NCBI GenBank assembly: GCA_030390025.1
Contig: CM059438.1
Location: 62,498,001 to 62,562,000, forward strand
Origin: Squalus acanthias
Lineage: Eukaryota
DNA: 64,000 nucleotides
Direction of reading: 5' to 3'
Shown: positions 49,451 through 62,770 of the stretch, piece by piece
Numbering within the stretch: the first letter of the stretch is position 1
Layout: every line of letters starts with the position of its first letter
Translations under genes and position numbers: made by a program
Notes under the pieces: model-generated
Seen by the model: only the letters and a program-made list of their open reading frames with translations
Database searches by the model: none
Told to the model about the DNA's origin: nothing

Positions 49451-50080
49451 CCCCAAGTAATAACTGGGACCACTCTGCCCCAGGGCTCATCACTGCCTTG
49501 GTCCAAACATGGACACAAGAGCTGAATTCCAGAGGTGAGCTGAGAGTGACTGCCCTCGACATCAAGGCTAGAAGTGTGGCACCAAGGAGCCCTAGTAAAA
49601 CTGAAGTCAAGGGGGGGAAACTCTCCAGTGGCTGGAGTCATACCTGGCACAAAGGAAGGTGGTTGTTGGAGGCACTGCGGGAGTACCTTCACCACACACG
49701 CTGCAGTGGTTCAAGAAGACCCTCCACCACCTTCTCGAGGGCAACTAGGCATAGGCAATAGATGTCAGCGACACCTGTATCCCGAGCACAAGCTAATAAA
49801 ATAAATGAAGCTCTTTCGTTCACTGAGCTGTTTCTCCTGATGCATGCAAGTAATTGCCTAGACTGCACACCAGGTGGCGAGCACCTTTGTTCACCTTGTT
49901 CTAGTGGAGGAGCGGAGCTGGTTCTGTGACATTGGTTCAGGGAACAGGAACGGGAGAAGTAGGCTCCCGCCGGCTGTCACTCAACCCCTGCCAGAAATGT
50001 GCCGTCCCCGGTGAAAGGATTGCGCCCAGCTGTGAACTTATTTTCTTTTTCTTCCCGCCCCGAGAGAGATCACACAGCTT

Positions 50081-50893
50081 GTGGATAAATGCGAGGTTAT
50101 CCACTTTGGTGTCAAAAACAGGAAGGCAGATTATTATCTGAACGGCAATAGATTGGGAGAAGGGGAAGTGCAACGAGACCTGGGTGTCCTTGTGCACCAG
50201 TCGCTGAAGGTAAGCATGCAGGTGCAGCAGGCGGTTAAGAAGGCAAATGGTATGTTGGCCTTCGTAGTGAGAGGATTCGAGTACAGGAGCAAGGATGTCT
50301 TGCTGCAGTTGTACAGGGCCTTGGTGAGACCACACCTTGAGTATTGTGTGCAGTTTTGGTCGCCTTATCTGAGGAAGGAGGTTCTTGCCATGGAGGGAGT
50401 GCAGCGAAGATTCACCAGACTGATACCTGGGATGGCAGGAATGACGTATGAGGAGAGATTGGGTCGATTGGGCTTATGCTCGCTGGAGTATAGAAGAATG
50501 AGAGGGGATCTCATCGAAACATATAAAATTCTAACAGGACTAGACAGACTAGATGCAGGAAGGATGTTCCCGATGGCCGGGGAGTCCAGAACCAGGGGTC
50601 ACAGTCTAAGGATAAGGGGTAAGCCATTTAGGACTGAGATGAGGAGGAATTTCTTCACCCAGAGAGTGGTGAACCTGTGGAATTCTCTACCACAGAAGGC
50701 AGTAGAGGCCAATTCATTAAATATATTCACGAAGGAGTTAGATATATTTCTTAAGGCTAAAGGGGATCAAGGGATATGGGGAGAAAGCAGGGACAGGGTA
50801 CTGAATTTGGATGATCAGCCATGATCTCATTGAATGGCGGAGCAGGCTAGAGGGGCCGAATGGCCTACTCCTGCTCCTATCTTCTATGTTTCT
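50081..50893 (+). mobile_element. Young 5'-truncated CR1 LINE (247-codon open ORF2 C-terminus)
   Basis: DKCEVIHFG...RDLGVLV...LVRPHLEYCVQFWSP...NLWNSLP plus 3' UTR. Confidence 0.92.
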
Positions 50894-53219
50894 ACAGCTT
50901 GCTGCTTGTGCCCAGCTGGCTGGGTGAGGAGGGGCTGGTGAAACTCGAGCCCAGCTAACTGTCTGCACCTTCCGGGGAGCAGGCCCGGCCTCTGAGCGGT
51001 GTGCCTGATCAAACACCTTCTCGGCTCACTTCGTTTTTGTCTCCAAAGTGCTAGAAAGAAAAAGAAAGAAAGACTTGCATTTCTACAGCGCCTTTCACGA
51101 CCTCAGGACGTCCCAAAGCGCTTCACAGCCAATGAAGTCCTTTTGTTTGGAAGTGTAGTCACTGTTGTGCTGCAGGAAGCCAGGCGTCGAATCACTGATT
51201 TACCAGCAGGGCTGGTTTCTGGGTTGGGTGGGTCGGCCATGCCGCTCTCCTGAGGTGTTTTGAATATCTATCTTTGGGCCTCTTGTAAACCGGGCCCTGT
51301 TTCACGCCCTGTCTGAACTGGGAAAGCTGACCGGAACGGACAGACAGGAGCCGCCTGAACAACAGACTCGTCGATTCCCCACCCTCGCTGTCCCGCCCTG
51401 TTTGCAGAAAATGCTGGAGAGGCAGAATGAGTCAGTCAGCGTGTGAAAGAGGAGAAACTTTTTTTCCCCCCCTGTGTCAACACTGGCACCGTCACGATGG
51501 GCCGAGCGGCCTCCTTCTGTGCTGTAAGATTCTAGCTGTCCTTTTAAGGCACTGACCGGCTGCCGTGGTGCTTTGCTGTTGACTCCTCCCATACCTTCCC
51601 CAGGTGGCCATTTTCACGGGCGTGTGTGAGAGGCTCTTTGATTCTGGAGGGTGTCTCCGCTGGTACTGACTGTACCTTGTCCACTCGCACGCGCTCTCGG
51701 GCAAGAGTCATTGGGTGCTGAGCAAGGGCAGTAACCCCAGCTTCCCCCCCCCCCTCCCCCGCTCCTGGTGCTGAGGCCAGTTCCTACGTCCGCTCGGGTC
51801 AGATCCACTGAAGTGTAACGTTTGGTGATTGAGCTGAGAACTGGTTCTAGCTTTACATGCAAAAAAGCATTTGAGAGTGCAGTTTCAAATTGTAATTTTG
51901 TGACGTTTATAAAATACTTTCCAACCACTAATAACACGAACACCTACTGCCTACTGAGATTTTTAAAAATATTAATTCATTCTCTGGATGTGGGCGTCGC
52001 TGGCAAGGCTGCCATTTATTGCCCATCACTAATTGCCCCTTGAGAAGGTGGCGATGGGCCTTCTCCTTGAACCGCTGAAGTCCTGTGGTGAAGGTGCTCC
52101 CACAGTGCTGCTAGGCTTAGCCCTGCTGTTTGGAGAGGTCAGGTAAGCTCTGGAATTCCCTCCCTAAACCTCTCCGTCTCTCCACCTCTCTCACCTCCTT
52201 TAAGATGCTGCTTAAAACCTACCTCTCTGACCAAGTGTTTGGTCACCTGTCCTAATGTCTCCTTCTTTGGTTCTGTGTCAATTTTTATCCCCTGTGAAGA
52301 GCCTCGGGACGTTTTTCTACATTACAGAAAGAAAGGCTCACATTTATACAACGTCTTTCACGACCGCAGGACGTCCAAAGCGCTTTACGGCCAATGAAGT
52401 AATTTTTGGAGTGTAGTCACTGTTGTAATGTGGGAAACGCGGCAGCCAATTTGCGCACAGCAAGCTCCCACAAACAGCAATGCGATAATGACCAGATCAT
52501 CTGTTTTTTAGTGATGTTGGTTGAGGGATAACCATTGGCCAGGACACCGGGGAAAATAGCGCCATGGCATCTTTTACGTCCACCTGAGAGGGCAGACGGG
52601 GCCTCGGTTTAACGTCTCATCCGGAAGACGGATTAAACTCGGTACATGAACGAGCCCCACTGAGTTGATGGGCAGGTCACTGGACTGGGCCGTTAGTGAC
52701 CCAGACGCCTGAGGGGGCAGATCGGCAGCTGACGGTTGACAAAACGCTGGAATACTTCCTCTTGGTGGAAGGAATGCAAACCGTGCAGTTTTTACAGTAT
52801 TCTAACTTTAAGAATGAAAGCTTTCCTCATCGCCAGAGTCTTTCTCCTTTCAAACTAGAGTTGTAAGTGATTTTTTAAAAAAATTATGGCATGGGATCTT
52901 TTACGTCCACATGAGAGGGTAGACAGGGCTTCGGTTTAACACCTCACCCGATAGATGGTGCGGCGCTCCCTCGGCACTGCACTGGAGGGTCAGCCCAGAG
53001 TTTGTGCTTAAGTCCCTGGAGTGGGACATGAACCCACAATCCTTCTAAGACTCAGAGGCGAGAGTGCTCCCCACTGAGCCACGGCTGACACTGAAGCTCA
53101 ATGCAAACTCAAGGAACAGTATCTCAGCACTTTACAGCCTTCTGGCCCTAACATTGAGTTTAATAACTATCAACCTTAACCGCCGCTCCCAATTTCTCTC
53201 AGACAGCAGGTGCTGGTAG

Positions 53220-53910
53220 AGTCATAGAGTTATACAGCACAGAAAGAGGCCCTTCGGCCCATCGTGTCCGCGCCGGCCATCAAGCCCTGTTTATTCTAAT
53301 CCCATTTTCCAGCACTTGGTCCGTAGCCTTGTATGCTATGGCGTTTCAAGTGCTCATCTAAATGCTTCTTGAATGTTGTGAGGGTTCCTGCCTCTACCAC
53401 CCTTTCAGGCAGTGAGTTCCAGATTCCAACCACCCTCTGGGTGAAAAAGTTTTTCCTCAAATCCCCTCTAAACCTCCTGCCCCTTACCTTGAAACTATGC
53501 CCCCTGGTTATTGACCCCTCTACTAAGGGGAAAAGTTCCTTTTTATCTACCCTATCTATGCCCCTCATAATTTTGTACACCTCAATCAGGTCCCCCCCCT
53601 CAGCCTTCTCTGCTCTAAGGAAAACAACCCCAGACTGTCCAGTCTCTCTTCATAGCTGAAGCGCTCCAGCCCAGGTAACATCCTGGTGAATCTCCTCTGC
53701 ACCCTCTCCAACACAATCACATCCCTCCTATAGTGTGGCGACCAGAACTGCACACAGTATTCCAGCTGTGGCCTAACTAGCGTTTTGTACAGCTCCATCA
53801 TAACCTCCCTGCTCTTATATTCTCTGCCTTGGCTAATGAAGGCAAGTATCTCATATGCCTTTTTAACCACCTTCTCTACCTGGCCTGCTGCCTTCAGGGA
53901 TCTATGTACT
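53220..53910 (-). mobile_element. CR1 LINE 3' fragment
   Basis: Same subfamily as 4440-5035, with one frameshift in a C run near 53595. Confidence 0.9.
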
Positions 53911-53913
53911 AGA

Positions 53914-54385
53914 TGCATCAGAGCCACTGGGAGTGGTGGAAGTAGTGGGCTGCTGCTTGGGGTGGTCCGCACCCCTCCGCCACATTCCCGGGCCATGGGA
54001 GCCTCTTCTCTTTGCCAGATTGCCATGCTTCACAGCCCTTCTGCTGTTCTGCTGTAACCATTTACACCTCCTCTGGACCCATCTTCTGTTTCTTTACCTG
54101 TCCCATTATCAGACGCTTTGCACCATCATTGCTTTTGCCATTGAATCGCTCCTGCCCTCCAGCTTATCACAGACCTTCCCTTTTGATCTTTTCCTGCACC
54201 GCCCCCACTCTTTCACCCAGCCTACCCTTCCCTTTTCCCTGGCTTTGTATTTGCTTAAAAGCTGTTCATCTCGACTATCTTCCACTTCTGATGAAGGATC
54301 ATCGACCTGAAACGTTAACTCTGTTTCTCTCCGCTGCCTGACCTGCTGAGTGTTTCCAGCATTTTCTGTTTTATTTCAGATTTCC
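53914..54385 (+). mobile_element. Second repeat family (probably a Penelope-like 3' end) with a degenerate family-2 hammerhead at 54284-54320
   Basis: Homologous to 5770-6230 (-); CTGATGAAGGATCATCGACCTGAAACGTTAACT. Confidence 0.6.
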
Positions 54386-55083
54386 TTGAAACATCTAATT
54401 TAAAAATGCTCAACAGATTCCAATTTTCCAGCCATCTCACAAGGCCATCTGGAAATAATGGGGGCAGGAAGTAGCTCTGGATGCTGGAGATATGGGGGAG
54501 CAGGACAATTCACAGCAGTCTTTTAGGCTTGCAAAGTTCTGAAAGAAAATACTGGGGTTCCTTAACAAGAGCTTCAAGATTTACTGTCCCCGTACATCCT
54601 GAGTGAATTGGCCTTAGTCAGAAAAGCTGAATCCTTTATGAAAAAGAAAGAAAGACTTTGCATTTCTATAGCGCCTTTGACACCCTCAGGACGTCCCAAA
54701 GTGCTTTACAGCCAATGAAGTACTCTTGGAGTGTAGTCACTGTTGAAATGTAGGAAACAGGGCAGCCAATTTGCGCACAGCAAGCTCCCACAAACTGCAA
54801 TGAGATAACGACCAGATAACTTGTTTTAGTGATGTTGATTGAGGGATAAATACGGGCCAGAACACCGGGGACGGCTCCCTTGCTCCTCTTCGAAATATTG
54901 CCATGGGATCTTTTCCATCCACCTGACTGTTCATGGGTGTATCTCACATATATGGAAGAGCCTGGACCCCACAAAGGAGAGTGAGGTGCTCCTAGTATCC
55001 AAAGATGAAAGAAAACCTTGCATTTACATGGTGTCTCAAAGTGTTTCACATATAATAAATAAGGTTTGAAGCTGTTTGAAGTT

Positions 55084-55410
55084 GTTTACTGAGCGTGGTA
55101 CTGTAGTGTTGTGGCTCTGGTTTACTCAGTGTGGTACTGTAGTGTTGTGGTTCTGGTTTACTGAGCATGGTACTGTAGTGTTGTGGTTCTAGTTTACTCA
55201 GTGTGGTACTGTAGTGTTGTGGTTCTGGTTTACTGAGTGTGGTACTGTAGTGTTGTGGTTCTAGTTTACTCAGTGTGGTACTGTAGTGTTGTGGTTCTAG
55301 TTTACTGAGTGTGGTACTGTAGTGTTGTGGTTCTAGTTTACTCTGTGGTACTGTAGTGTTGTGGTTCTGGTTTACTCAGTGTGGTACTGTAGTGTTGTGG
55401 TTCTGGTTTA
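55084..55410. repeat. 36-bp minisatellite, about 9 copies
   Basis: Unit GTTTACTCAGTGTGGTACTGTAGTGTTGTGGTTCTG, head to tail. Confidence 0.95.
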
Positions 55411-55412
55411 GT

Positions 55413-55738
55413 ATCAAGCAACTCCTCTTGGACAGCAGAGGTCCATAGCATCAACTATCCATGACCGCGCGGTACAGCTTCATCCCAAGCACCAGGGAGT
55501 TCAGCTTGATCGTTACTGATCTGTTAAGGCCCAGGTTAACTGAGGATGGGCCCTGTGGCCTCCTCCACTCCGGAGCAGGTTGGTGTCCCTTCCTACATAG
55601 AATTATGATGCGGAGATGCCGGTGTTGGACTGGGGTGGACAAAAATGAGAAGTCGCACAACACCAGGTTATAGTCCAACAGATTTATTTAAAATTACAAG
55701 CTTTCGGAGCTGTCGCCCCTTCGTCAGGTAAAGGTACA
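55413..55738 (-). mobile_element. Penelope-like terminal repeat with a 190-bp extension (copy 2)
   Basis: Near-identical reverse complement of 6256-6581; contains a hammerhead motif at 55694-55731. Confidence 0.8.
55694..55731 (-). ncRNA. Minimal type I hammerhead ribozyme motif, family 1
   Basis: uuac-CUGACGA-a-ggggc(gaca)gcucc-GAAA-gc-UU-guaa. Confidence 0.75.
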
Positions 55739-56190
55739 ATGCCTGTGGTATTGTTTGGAGCCGTTAGTTGAGCAGATGCATTAATTACAGCGGTCAGAAC
55801 TGTTTGGTGTTTTGCAGCAATTTGACTGGTCTTTCACTCCACTGAATATTAACGTAATATATGTAGCGGCAGCTGTCCATACAATCCATTGCCAAGTATT
55901 TCTTTATTATGGATATTCACTTTGGTGTCAACTTTCATATGTTCTAGTCGCCCGTTGCCTTTCTTTTAATAAAGGTTTCATGATGACTGTCTCACTCCTA
56001 GACCATCAAAGTAGAAGAGTAAAGGGGCGATTTTAACCCCTGCCTCCCTCCCCACACCTGACATGAATGGGATGTGCGGTGGATTAAAATAGAAAGAAAG
56101 AAGAAAGAACTTGCATTGCTATAGCACCTTTCACAACCTCAGGGCATCCCAAAGCGCTTTACAGCCAATGAAGCACTTTTGAAGTGTAGT

Positions 56191-57345
56191 CCAGAGGTGA
56201 GGTGAGAATGACTGCCCTTGACATCAAGGCAGCATTTGACCGAGTGTGGCATCAAGAAGTCAATGAGAATCAGGGGGGGGAAACTCTCCACTGGCTGGAG
56301 TCATACCTAGCACAAAGGAAGATGGTTGTGGTGGTGGGAAGTCAATTATCACAGCCCCAGGACATCGCTGCAGGAGTTCCTCAGGGCAGTGTCCTAGGCC
56401 CAACTATCTTCAGCTGCTTCATCAATGACCTTCCCTCCATCATAAGGTCAATAATGGTGATGTTCGCTGATGACTGCACAGTGTTCAGTGCCATTCGCAA
56501 CTCCTCAGATAATGAAGCAGTCTATGCCCACATGCAACAAGACCTGGACAACATTTAGGCTGATAAGTGGCAGGTTTACATTCGCGCCACACAAGTGTCA
56601 GGCAATGACTATCTCCAACAAGCGAGAATCTAACCACTGCCCCTTGACATTTAATGGCATTACCATCGCTGAATCCCCCACCATCAACATCCTGGGGGTC
56701 ACCATTGACCAGAAACTTAACTGGACCAGCCACATAAATACTGTGGCAACAAGAGCAGGTCAGAGGCTAGGTATTCTGTGGCGAGTGTCTCACCTCCTGA
56801 CTCCACAAAGCCTTTCCACCATCTACAAGGCACAAGTCAGGAGTGTGATGGAATACTCTCCACTTGCCTGGATGAGTGCAGCTCCAACAACACTCAAGAA
56901 GCTCGACACCATCCAGGACAAAGCAGCCCGCTTGATTGGCACCCCATCCACCACCTTAAACATTCACTCCCTCCACCACTGGCGTACCGTGGCTGCAGTG
57001 TGTACCATCTACAAGATGCACTGCAGCAACTTGCCAAGGCGTCTTCGGCATCACCTCCCAAACCCGCGACCTCTACCATCTAGAAAGACAAGGGCAGCAG
57101 GCGCATGGGAACACCACCACCTCCAAGTTCCCCTCCAAGTCACACACCATCCTGACTTGGAAGTATATCGCCGTTCCTTCATCGTCGCTGGGTCAAAATC
57201 CTGGAACTCCCTCCCTCACAGCACTGTGGGAGCACCTTCACCACACGGACTGCAGCGGCTCACCACCACCTTCTCAAGGGCAGCTAGGGATGGGCAATAA
57301 ATGCTGGCCTTGCCAGCGATGCCCACGTCCCATGAATTAATTTTT
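56191..57345 (+). mobile_element. CR1/L2-clade LINE RT and C-terminus inserted into a Deu-SINE
   Basis: ALDIKAAFDRVWH...GVPQGSVLGP..F..FINDLP...MFADD...; the SINE sequence stops near 56190 and resumes near 57351. Short 3'-end copies at 4255-4372, 41460-41790, 58375-58680 and 63730-64000. Confidence 0.88.
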
Positions 57346-59136
57346 TAAAAAGTCACTGTTGTAATGTAGGAAATGTGGCAGCCAATTTGTGCACAGCAAG
57401 GTCCCACAAACAGCAATGTGATAATGACCAGATAATCTGTATTAGTGATGTTGATTGAGGGATAAATATTGGTCAGGACACCAGGGATAACCCTCCTGCT
57501 CTTCTTCGAAATAGTGCCATGGGATCTTTTACATCCACCTGAGAGAGGTGACGGGGTCTCGGTTTAACGTCTCATCCTAGATTATGTGCTCAAGTCTGGA
57601 GTGGGACTTGAACCCACAAAATAGATCGGACACAAGCGTTAGGGGCTGAGTTCTCTGCCCCACGACTGCCTTAGCACTCCCGTGATGGGAGCAGGAAACA
57701 TGGCAAGGATATGTCCTGCCGGTTCCCAAGCTTCTGCCGTCACATCCAGACTTTTTGCCGGAAGCGACGGATGTTGACTGTGTCCACCCACATGTTCAAA
57801 TGACATGTCTACGACGGGAACACATCATTAAAGCCCCAGCGAATGCCACGGGTCATGGTACGATGCACCAAATGCATGTTTTGTTCTCCCCACCCAAGCT
57901 GGGCGGAACAGCAACAGTGCAAATACCTCTGGGAGCCTAGCCAAAAACTGAAAGGACCCTCACTCCAGAAGATCCACCTGGCTCAGCACTCACAGAAAGG
58001 GTTGGACCTAAAGCCACCCCCACCCCGCCCGCTTCCCCCCTCCGCGCTCCCCCCCCCCACCCCCACCACATCCCTTCCACAACTGAAATCTCGAGGCCCC
58101 AGTTTACAGAGTCATGTGGTGGAATTACATGCGGACAAGACAAAATTCCAGTAAAAGGCCCGAAGTGCTCCTCCCGCTTCCATCTCCATTTAGATCAGTA
58201 AGTACAGACATTGAGGGCAGCTGCCACCTTACAAAGGCAACCAAGTAGATTGTGAATAACGGGGGAGTTTACAGCATTGGATAGATATTCTGGAATCTTG
58301 TTTGATTTGTTTTTTTTGGTGGGGATGTCAAGAATCTTTGTAGAACCTTTCCCCAGGAGAGTTAAAAAAATTAATTCTTGAGATGTGGGCATCGCTGGCA
58401 AGGCCGGCTTTTATTGCGCATCACTAGTTGCACTTGCGAAGGTGGTGGTGAGCCGCCTTCTTGAACCGCTGCAGTCCGTGTGGTGAAGGTGCTCCCACAG
58501 TGCTGTTAGGGAGGGAGTTCCAGGATTTTGACCCGGCGACGATGAAGAAACGGCCGATATATTTCCAAGTCTGGATGGTGCGTGAGTTGGATGGGAACTT
58601 GGAGGTGGTGGTGCTCCCATGCACCTGCTGCCCTTGTCCCTCTAGGTGCTGGAGGCCGCAGGTTTGGGAGATGTTGCTAAAGAAGATTAAATAAGTTGAA
58701 TAAAGACGTTGATGAATTGACTGGTCTGTGATACAAACGTGCTCAATGGACTGCTTGGCCCTTTCTTGTTCCGAGCATTTTAATTTTCTTACAAAAATCA
58801 GAAAGGGAAATAGACCATTGACTTCCTTGTATTGCTGAGAGCAGTGAATTTATTTTTACACATTTGGAGAAACTTCAATTATAAACTGCAAAAAATGTGG
58901 AAACCACAGTGCAGCAGCTCTGACATCCGAAACAGCTCACGGTCTTCCTGGCAGCAATCACGCTGAGCATGTAAGAGTTCACAACAGGCCCTTAGTGGCT
59001 GTGGCAGCAACTTAGTCAACACCGGCAATTTGTCAGTGAGGCACAAGGTGGCTGGCAACTCCCACAATGAGGCCAGACATGCCAGGCAACTCTCCAAACA
59101 GGCCGCCCCACTGAGACAGGGTGAAAACTCATTATC

Positions 59137-59956
59137 GAAACAGGCAATGTGTGAAATGTCCCCGGTGAAACAGACAATGTGGGAAATGTCCCCGGTGAAA
59201 CAGGCAATGAGTGAAATGTCCCCGGTGAAACAGGCAATGGGTGAAATGTCCCCGGTGAAACAGGCAATGTGTGAAATGTCCCCGGTGAAACAGACAATGG
59301 GTGAAATGTCCCCGGTGAAACAGACAATGGGTGAAATGTCCCCGGTGAAACAGACAATGTGTGAAATGTCCCCGGTGAAACAGACAATGGGTGAAATGTC
59401 CCCGGTGAAACAGACAATGGGTGAAATGTCCCCGGTGAAACAGACAATGGGTGAAATGTCCCCGGTGAAACAGGCAATGGGTGAAATGTCCCCGGTGAAA
59501 CAGGCAATGGGTGAAATGTCCCCGGTGAAATGGCCCCGGTGAAACAGGCAATGTGTGAAATGTCCCCGGTGAAACAGGCAATGGGTAAAATGTCCCCGGT
59601 GAAACAGGCAATGTGTGAAATGTCCCCGGTGAAACAGGCAATGGGTGAAATGTCCCCGGTGAAATGGCCCCGGTGAAACAGGCAATGGGTGAAATGTCCC
59701 CGGTGAAATGGCCCCGGTGAAACAGGCAATGTGTGAAATGTCCCCGGTGAAATGGCCCCGGTGAAACAGGCAATGGGTGAAATGTCCCCGGTGAAACAGG
59801 CAATGTGTGAAATGTCCCCGGTGAAACAGGCAATGGGTGAAATGTCCCCGGTGAAACAGGTAATGGGTGAAATGTCCCCGGTGAAACAGGCAATGTGTGA
59901 AATGTCCCCGGTGAAACAGGCAATGTGTGAAATGTCCCCAGTGAAATAGGCAATGA
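59137..59956. repeat. 30-bp minisatellite with interspersed 14-bp half units
   Basis: Unit GTGAAATGTCCCCGGTGAAACAGGCAATGG; half unit GTGAAATGGCCCCG at about 59525, 59660, 59703 and 59747. Confidence 0.95.
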
Positions 59957-60702
59957 GTGGTTAACATGTAGACATTACAAACCTGAAGCCTATTAATGGA
60001 GGATTATCGTTACCAAATGGAGCAAGGATGTTTATTTCTGTTACAGTTTATGGTGCCTGCCTGCAATACCACTTTTTAAGCAGGTTGGAACATTATCTGT
60101 GTATTGTACTAACTTTTTTAAATTTGTTCATGGGACGTGGGCGTCGCCGGCAAGGCCAGCATTTATTGCCCATCCCTAATTGCCTTCGAGAAGGAGGTGG
60201 TGAGCCACTTTATACAACGGAGTGGCTTAAGAATCAACCACATTGCTGTGGGCCTGAAGTGACATATATAGACCAGACAGGGTAAGGATGGCAGATTTCC
60301 TTCCCTAAAGGTCATTAGTGAACCAGATGGGTTTTTACAACAATCCGGTAGTTTCATGGTCACCATTACTGCTACTAGCTTTTAATTCCAGATTTATTTA
60401 TTGACTGAATTTAAATTCCCCAGCTGCCGTGGTGGGATTTGAACACGTCTCTGAATCATTAGTCCAAGCTTCGTGGATTACTAGCCCAGTGGCATATCCA
60501 CTATGCTACCGTACCCGAAAGCATAAGCTATTGTCACCACAGGAGACAGGAAGGATCACGTCATTCTACAAATTCATGTTGAAAAGTCAAGAATGATCAA
60601 TCAAACATTTTCTCAGACTCATATAAATATACGTTCTGGTTTCCATATTTATTTATTTTACCAGTTTTTGGTGATTATTACTGCTTTTTTGGTTTTTATT
60701 GC

Positions 60703-61680
60703 AACAACAACTTGAATTTATATAGTGCCTTTAACCTAGTAAAATGTCCCAAGGCGGTTCACAGGAACGTTATCAAACAAAATTTGACACCGAGCCACAT
60801 AATGGGGTATTAGGGCAGATGACCAATAGCTTGGTCAAAGAGGTAGGTTTTAAGGAGCGTCTTAAAGGAGGGAAGAGAGGTAGAGAGCAGAGAGGTTTAG
60901 GGAGGAAAGTCCAGAGCTTAGGGCCTAGGCAACAGAAGGCACGGCTGATGGTGGAGCAATTAAAATCAGGGATGCGCAAGAGGCCTGAATTAGAGGAGCG
61001 CAGATATCTCGGGTGGTTGTGGGGCTGAAGGAGATTACAGAGATAGGGAGGGGCGAGGCCACGGAGGGATTTGAAAACAAGGATGAGAATTTTGAATTCG
61101 AGGCGCTGCTTAACCGGGAGCCAATGTAGGTCAGCGAGCACAGGGGTGATGGGTGAACGGGACTTGGTGCGAGTTAGGACATGGGCAGCCGAGTTTTGGA
61201 TGAGCTCAAATTTATGGAGGGTGGAAGATGGGAGGCCGGCCAGGAGTGCGTTGGAATAGTCACGTCTAGAGGTAACAAAGGCACGGATGAGGGTTTCAGC
61301 AGCAGATAGGCTGAGGCAGGGGCAGAGTTGGGCGATGTTATGAAGCTGGAAATAGGCGGTCTGAGTGATGGCGCGGATATGTGGTCGGAAACTCAGCTCA
61401 GGCATCAAATACGACACCGAGGTTATGAACCTAAGGAAGGATATACTTGCCATAGAGGGAATGCAACGAAGGTTCACAAGATTGATTCCTGGGATGGCGG
61501 GACTGTCGTATGAGAAGAGATTGAGTAAACTAGGCCTGTATTCTCTTGAATTCAGAAGAATGAGAAGGGATCTCATTGAAGCGTACAAAATTATTACAGG
61601 GCTTGATAGGGTGGATGCTGGGAGAATGTTTCCCTTGGCTGGGGAGTCTAGAACCAGGGGCCACAGCCTCAAGATAAAGA
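60703..61680. mobile_element. L2 3' end (-, 60703-61420) abutting a CR1 fragment (+, 61425-61680)
   Basis: AFVTSR.DYSNALLAGLP...LHWLPVKQRLEFKIL on the minus strand; RKDILAIEGMQRRFTRLIPG on the plus strand. Confidence 0.85.
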
Positions 61681-62066
61681 CATGAAAAGCAAGTAATTAT
61701 CCCGTGTAGTAGATTTTTACATCAACCTGGAAACTTTCAAGTTTATTTTTCTGGTGCCAGACCACAAATTACCCAATTTATTGAATCTAGTTTCACAACT
61801 AACCATCACCTCTGGGTCGTTAGCCCTGTACTGTAGCCAAAAAGCCACCATACTCATAATCAGTGTTCAGCCACCAAGAGATGTGACCGATGGAAAGTGC
61901 CTGAAACATCCAAGGGACAACAATCATCTACATGTGTGTCCAGTACCCTTGCTAAATGTCAGCCTGGTGTCAGCCGTGGCTCAGTTAGTAGCACACTCCC
62001 CTCTGAAGTAGTAGGTCGTGATTTCAAGCCCCAGTCCAGATACTTGAGCACAAAATCTTTGTACCT

Positions 62067-62104
62067 TTACCTGACGAAGGGGCGACAGCTCCGAAAGCTT
62101 GTAA
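62067..62104 (+). ncRNA. Minimal type I hammerhead ribozyme motif, family 1, within a terminal-repeat fragment at about 62059-62158
   Basis: uuac-CUGACGA-a-ggggc(gaca)gcucc-GAAA-gc-UU-guaa. Confidence 0.75.
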
Positions 62105-62349
62105 TTTTAAATAAATCTGTTGGACTATAACCTGGTGTTGTGCGACTTCTCATTTTTTTACATAGAATTACATAGACTTTACCGCACAGAAACAGGCCAT
62201 TCGGCCCAACCGGTCTGTGCCGGTGTTTATGCTCCACACGAGCCTCCTACCACCCTACTTCATTTAAACCTATCAGCATCTCTTTCTATTGCTTTCTCCC
62301 ACATGTACTTATCCAGCTTCCCCCTTAAAGGCGTCAATTCCTGACTTCA

Positions 62350-62770
62350 ATTCCGATCTTCAATTGCCTGGTTTACGGGAGCTTTGTCTCCCAGATGGGC
62401 GATGGGGCCAAAGAGAGCCCGACGACGATTAATGATGGCTTCAATCTTCTCACAGTTCTCGTTGTTACACTTGTACTGAGGATGAAGGCAGACCATCCGA
62501 TTCCCAGCAGTCGCCTCCGACAGCGCACGTGGAATGGGTCCAATCTCTTGATGTCTTGCTGAAGCTGCGTCCATGCTTCAGATCCATACCAAAGGTGTTG
62601 GTAAGATGCAGGTCTGATAGATCCGCGCTTTCGTAGAGATTTTCACTTTCTTTTGACTCCAGACCCTGTGCGGGTCCTTCGTTGCTGAAGCTGCTACGTT
62701 GATTATCCTCAGTACATCTGACTCCCCAACCCCATCTGAGAACAGTTTTCTACCTAGGTAGATAAAGTCC
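62350..62770 (-). mobile_element. Old RTE-clade LINE fragment
   Basis: FIYLG...VWSQKKVKISTKARIYQTCILP resembles the RTE post-RT region. Confidence 0.55.

Noticed and set aside
55084..55410. 36-bp repeats starting GTTT, superficially CRISPR-like
   Set aside because: Head-to-tail units with no unique spacers, no cas genes, vertebrate context.
4440..55738. Segmental duplication between about 4.4-6.6 kb and 53.2-55.7 kb
   Set aside because: The same three repeat types recur, but relative orientations differ and the intervening DNA is unrelated, so these are independent insertions.
58879..59967. His/Cys-rich ORFs (HCLFHRGHFT repeats) resembling zinc fingers
   Set aside because: Translations of the 30-bp minisatellite; spacing does not fit C2H2 fingers.
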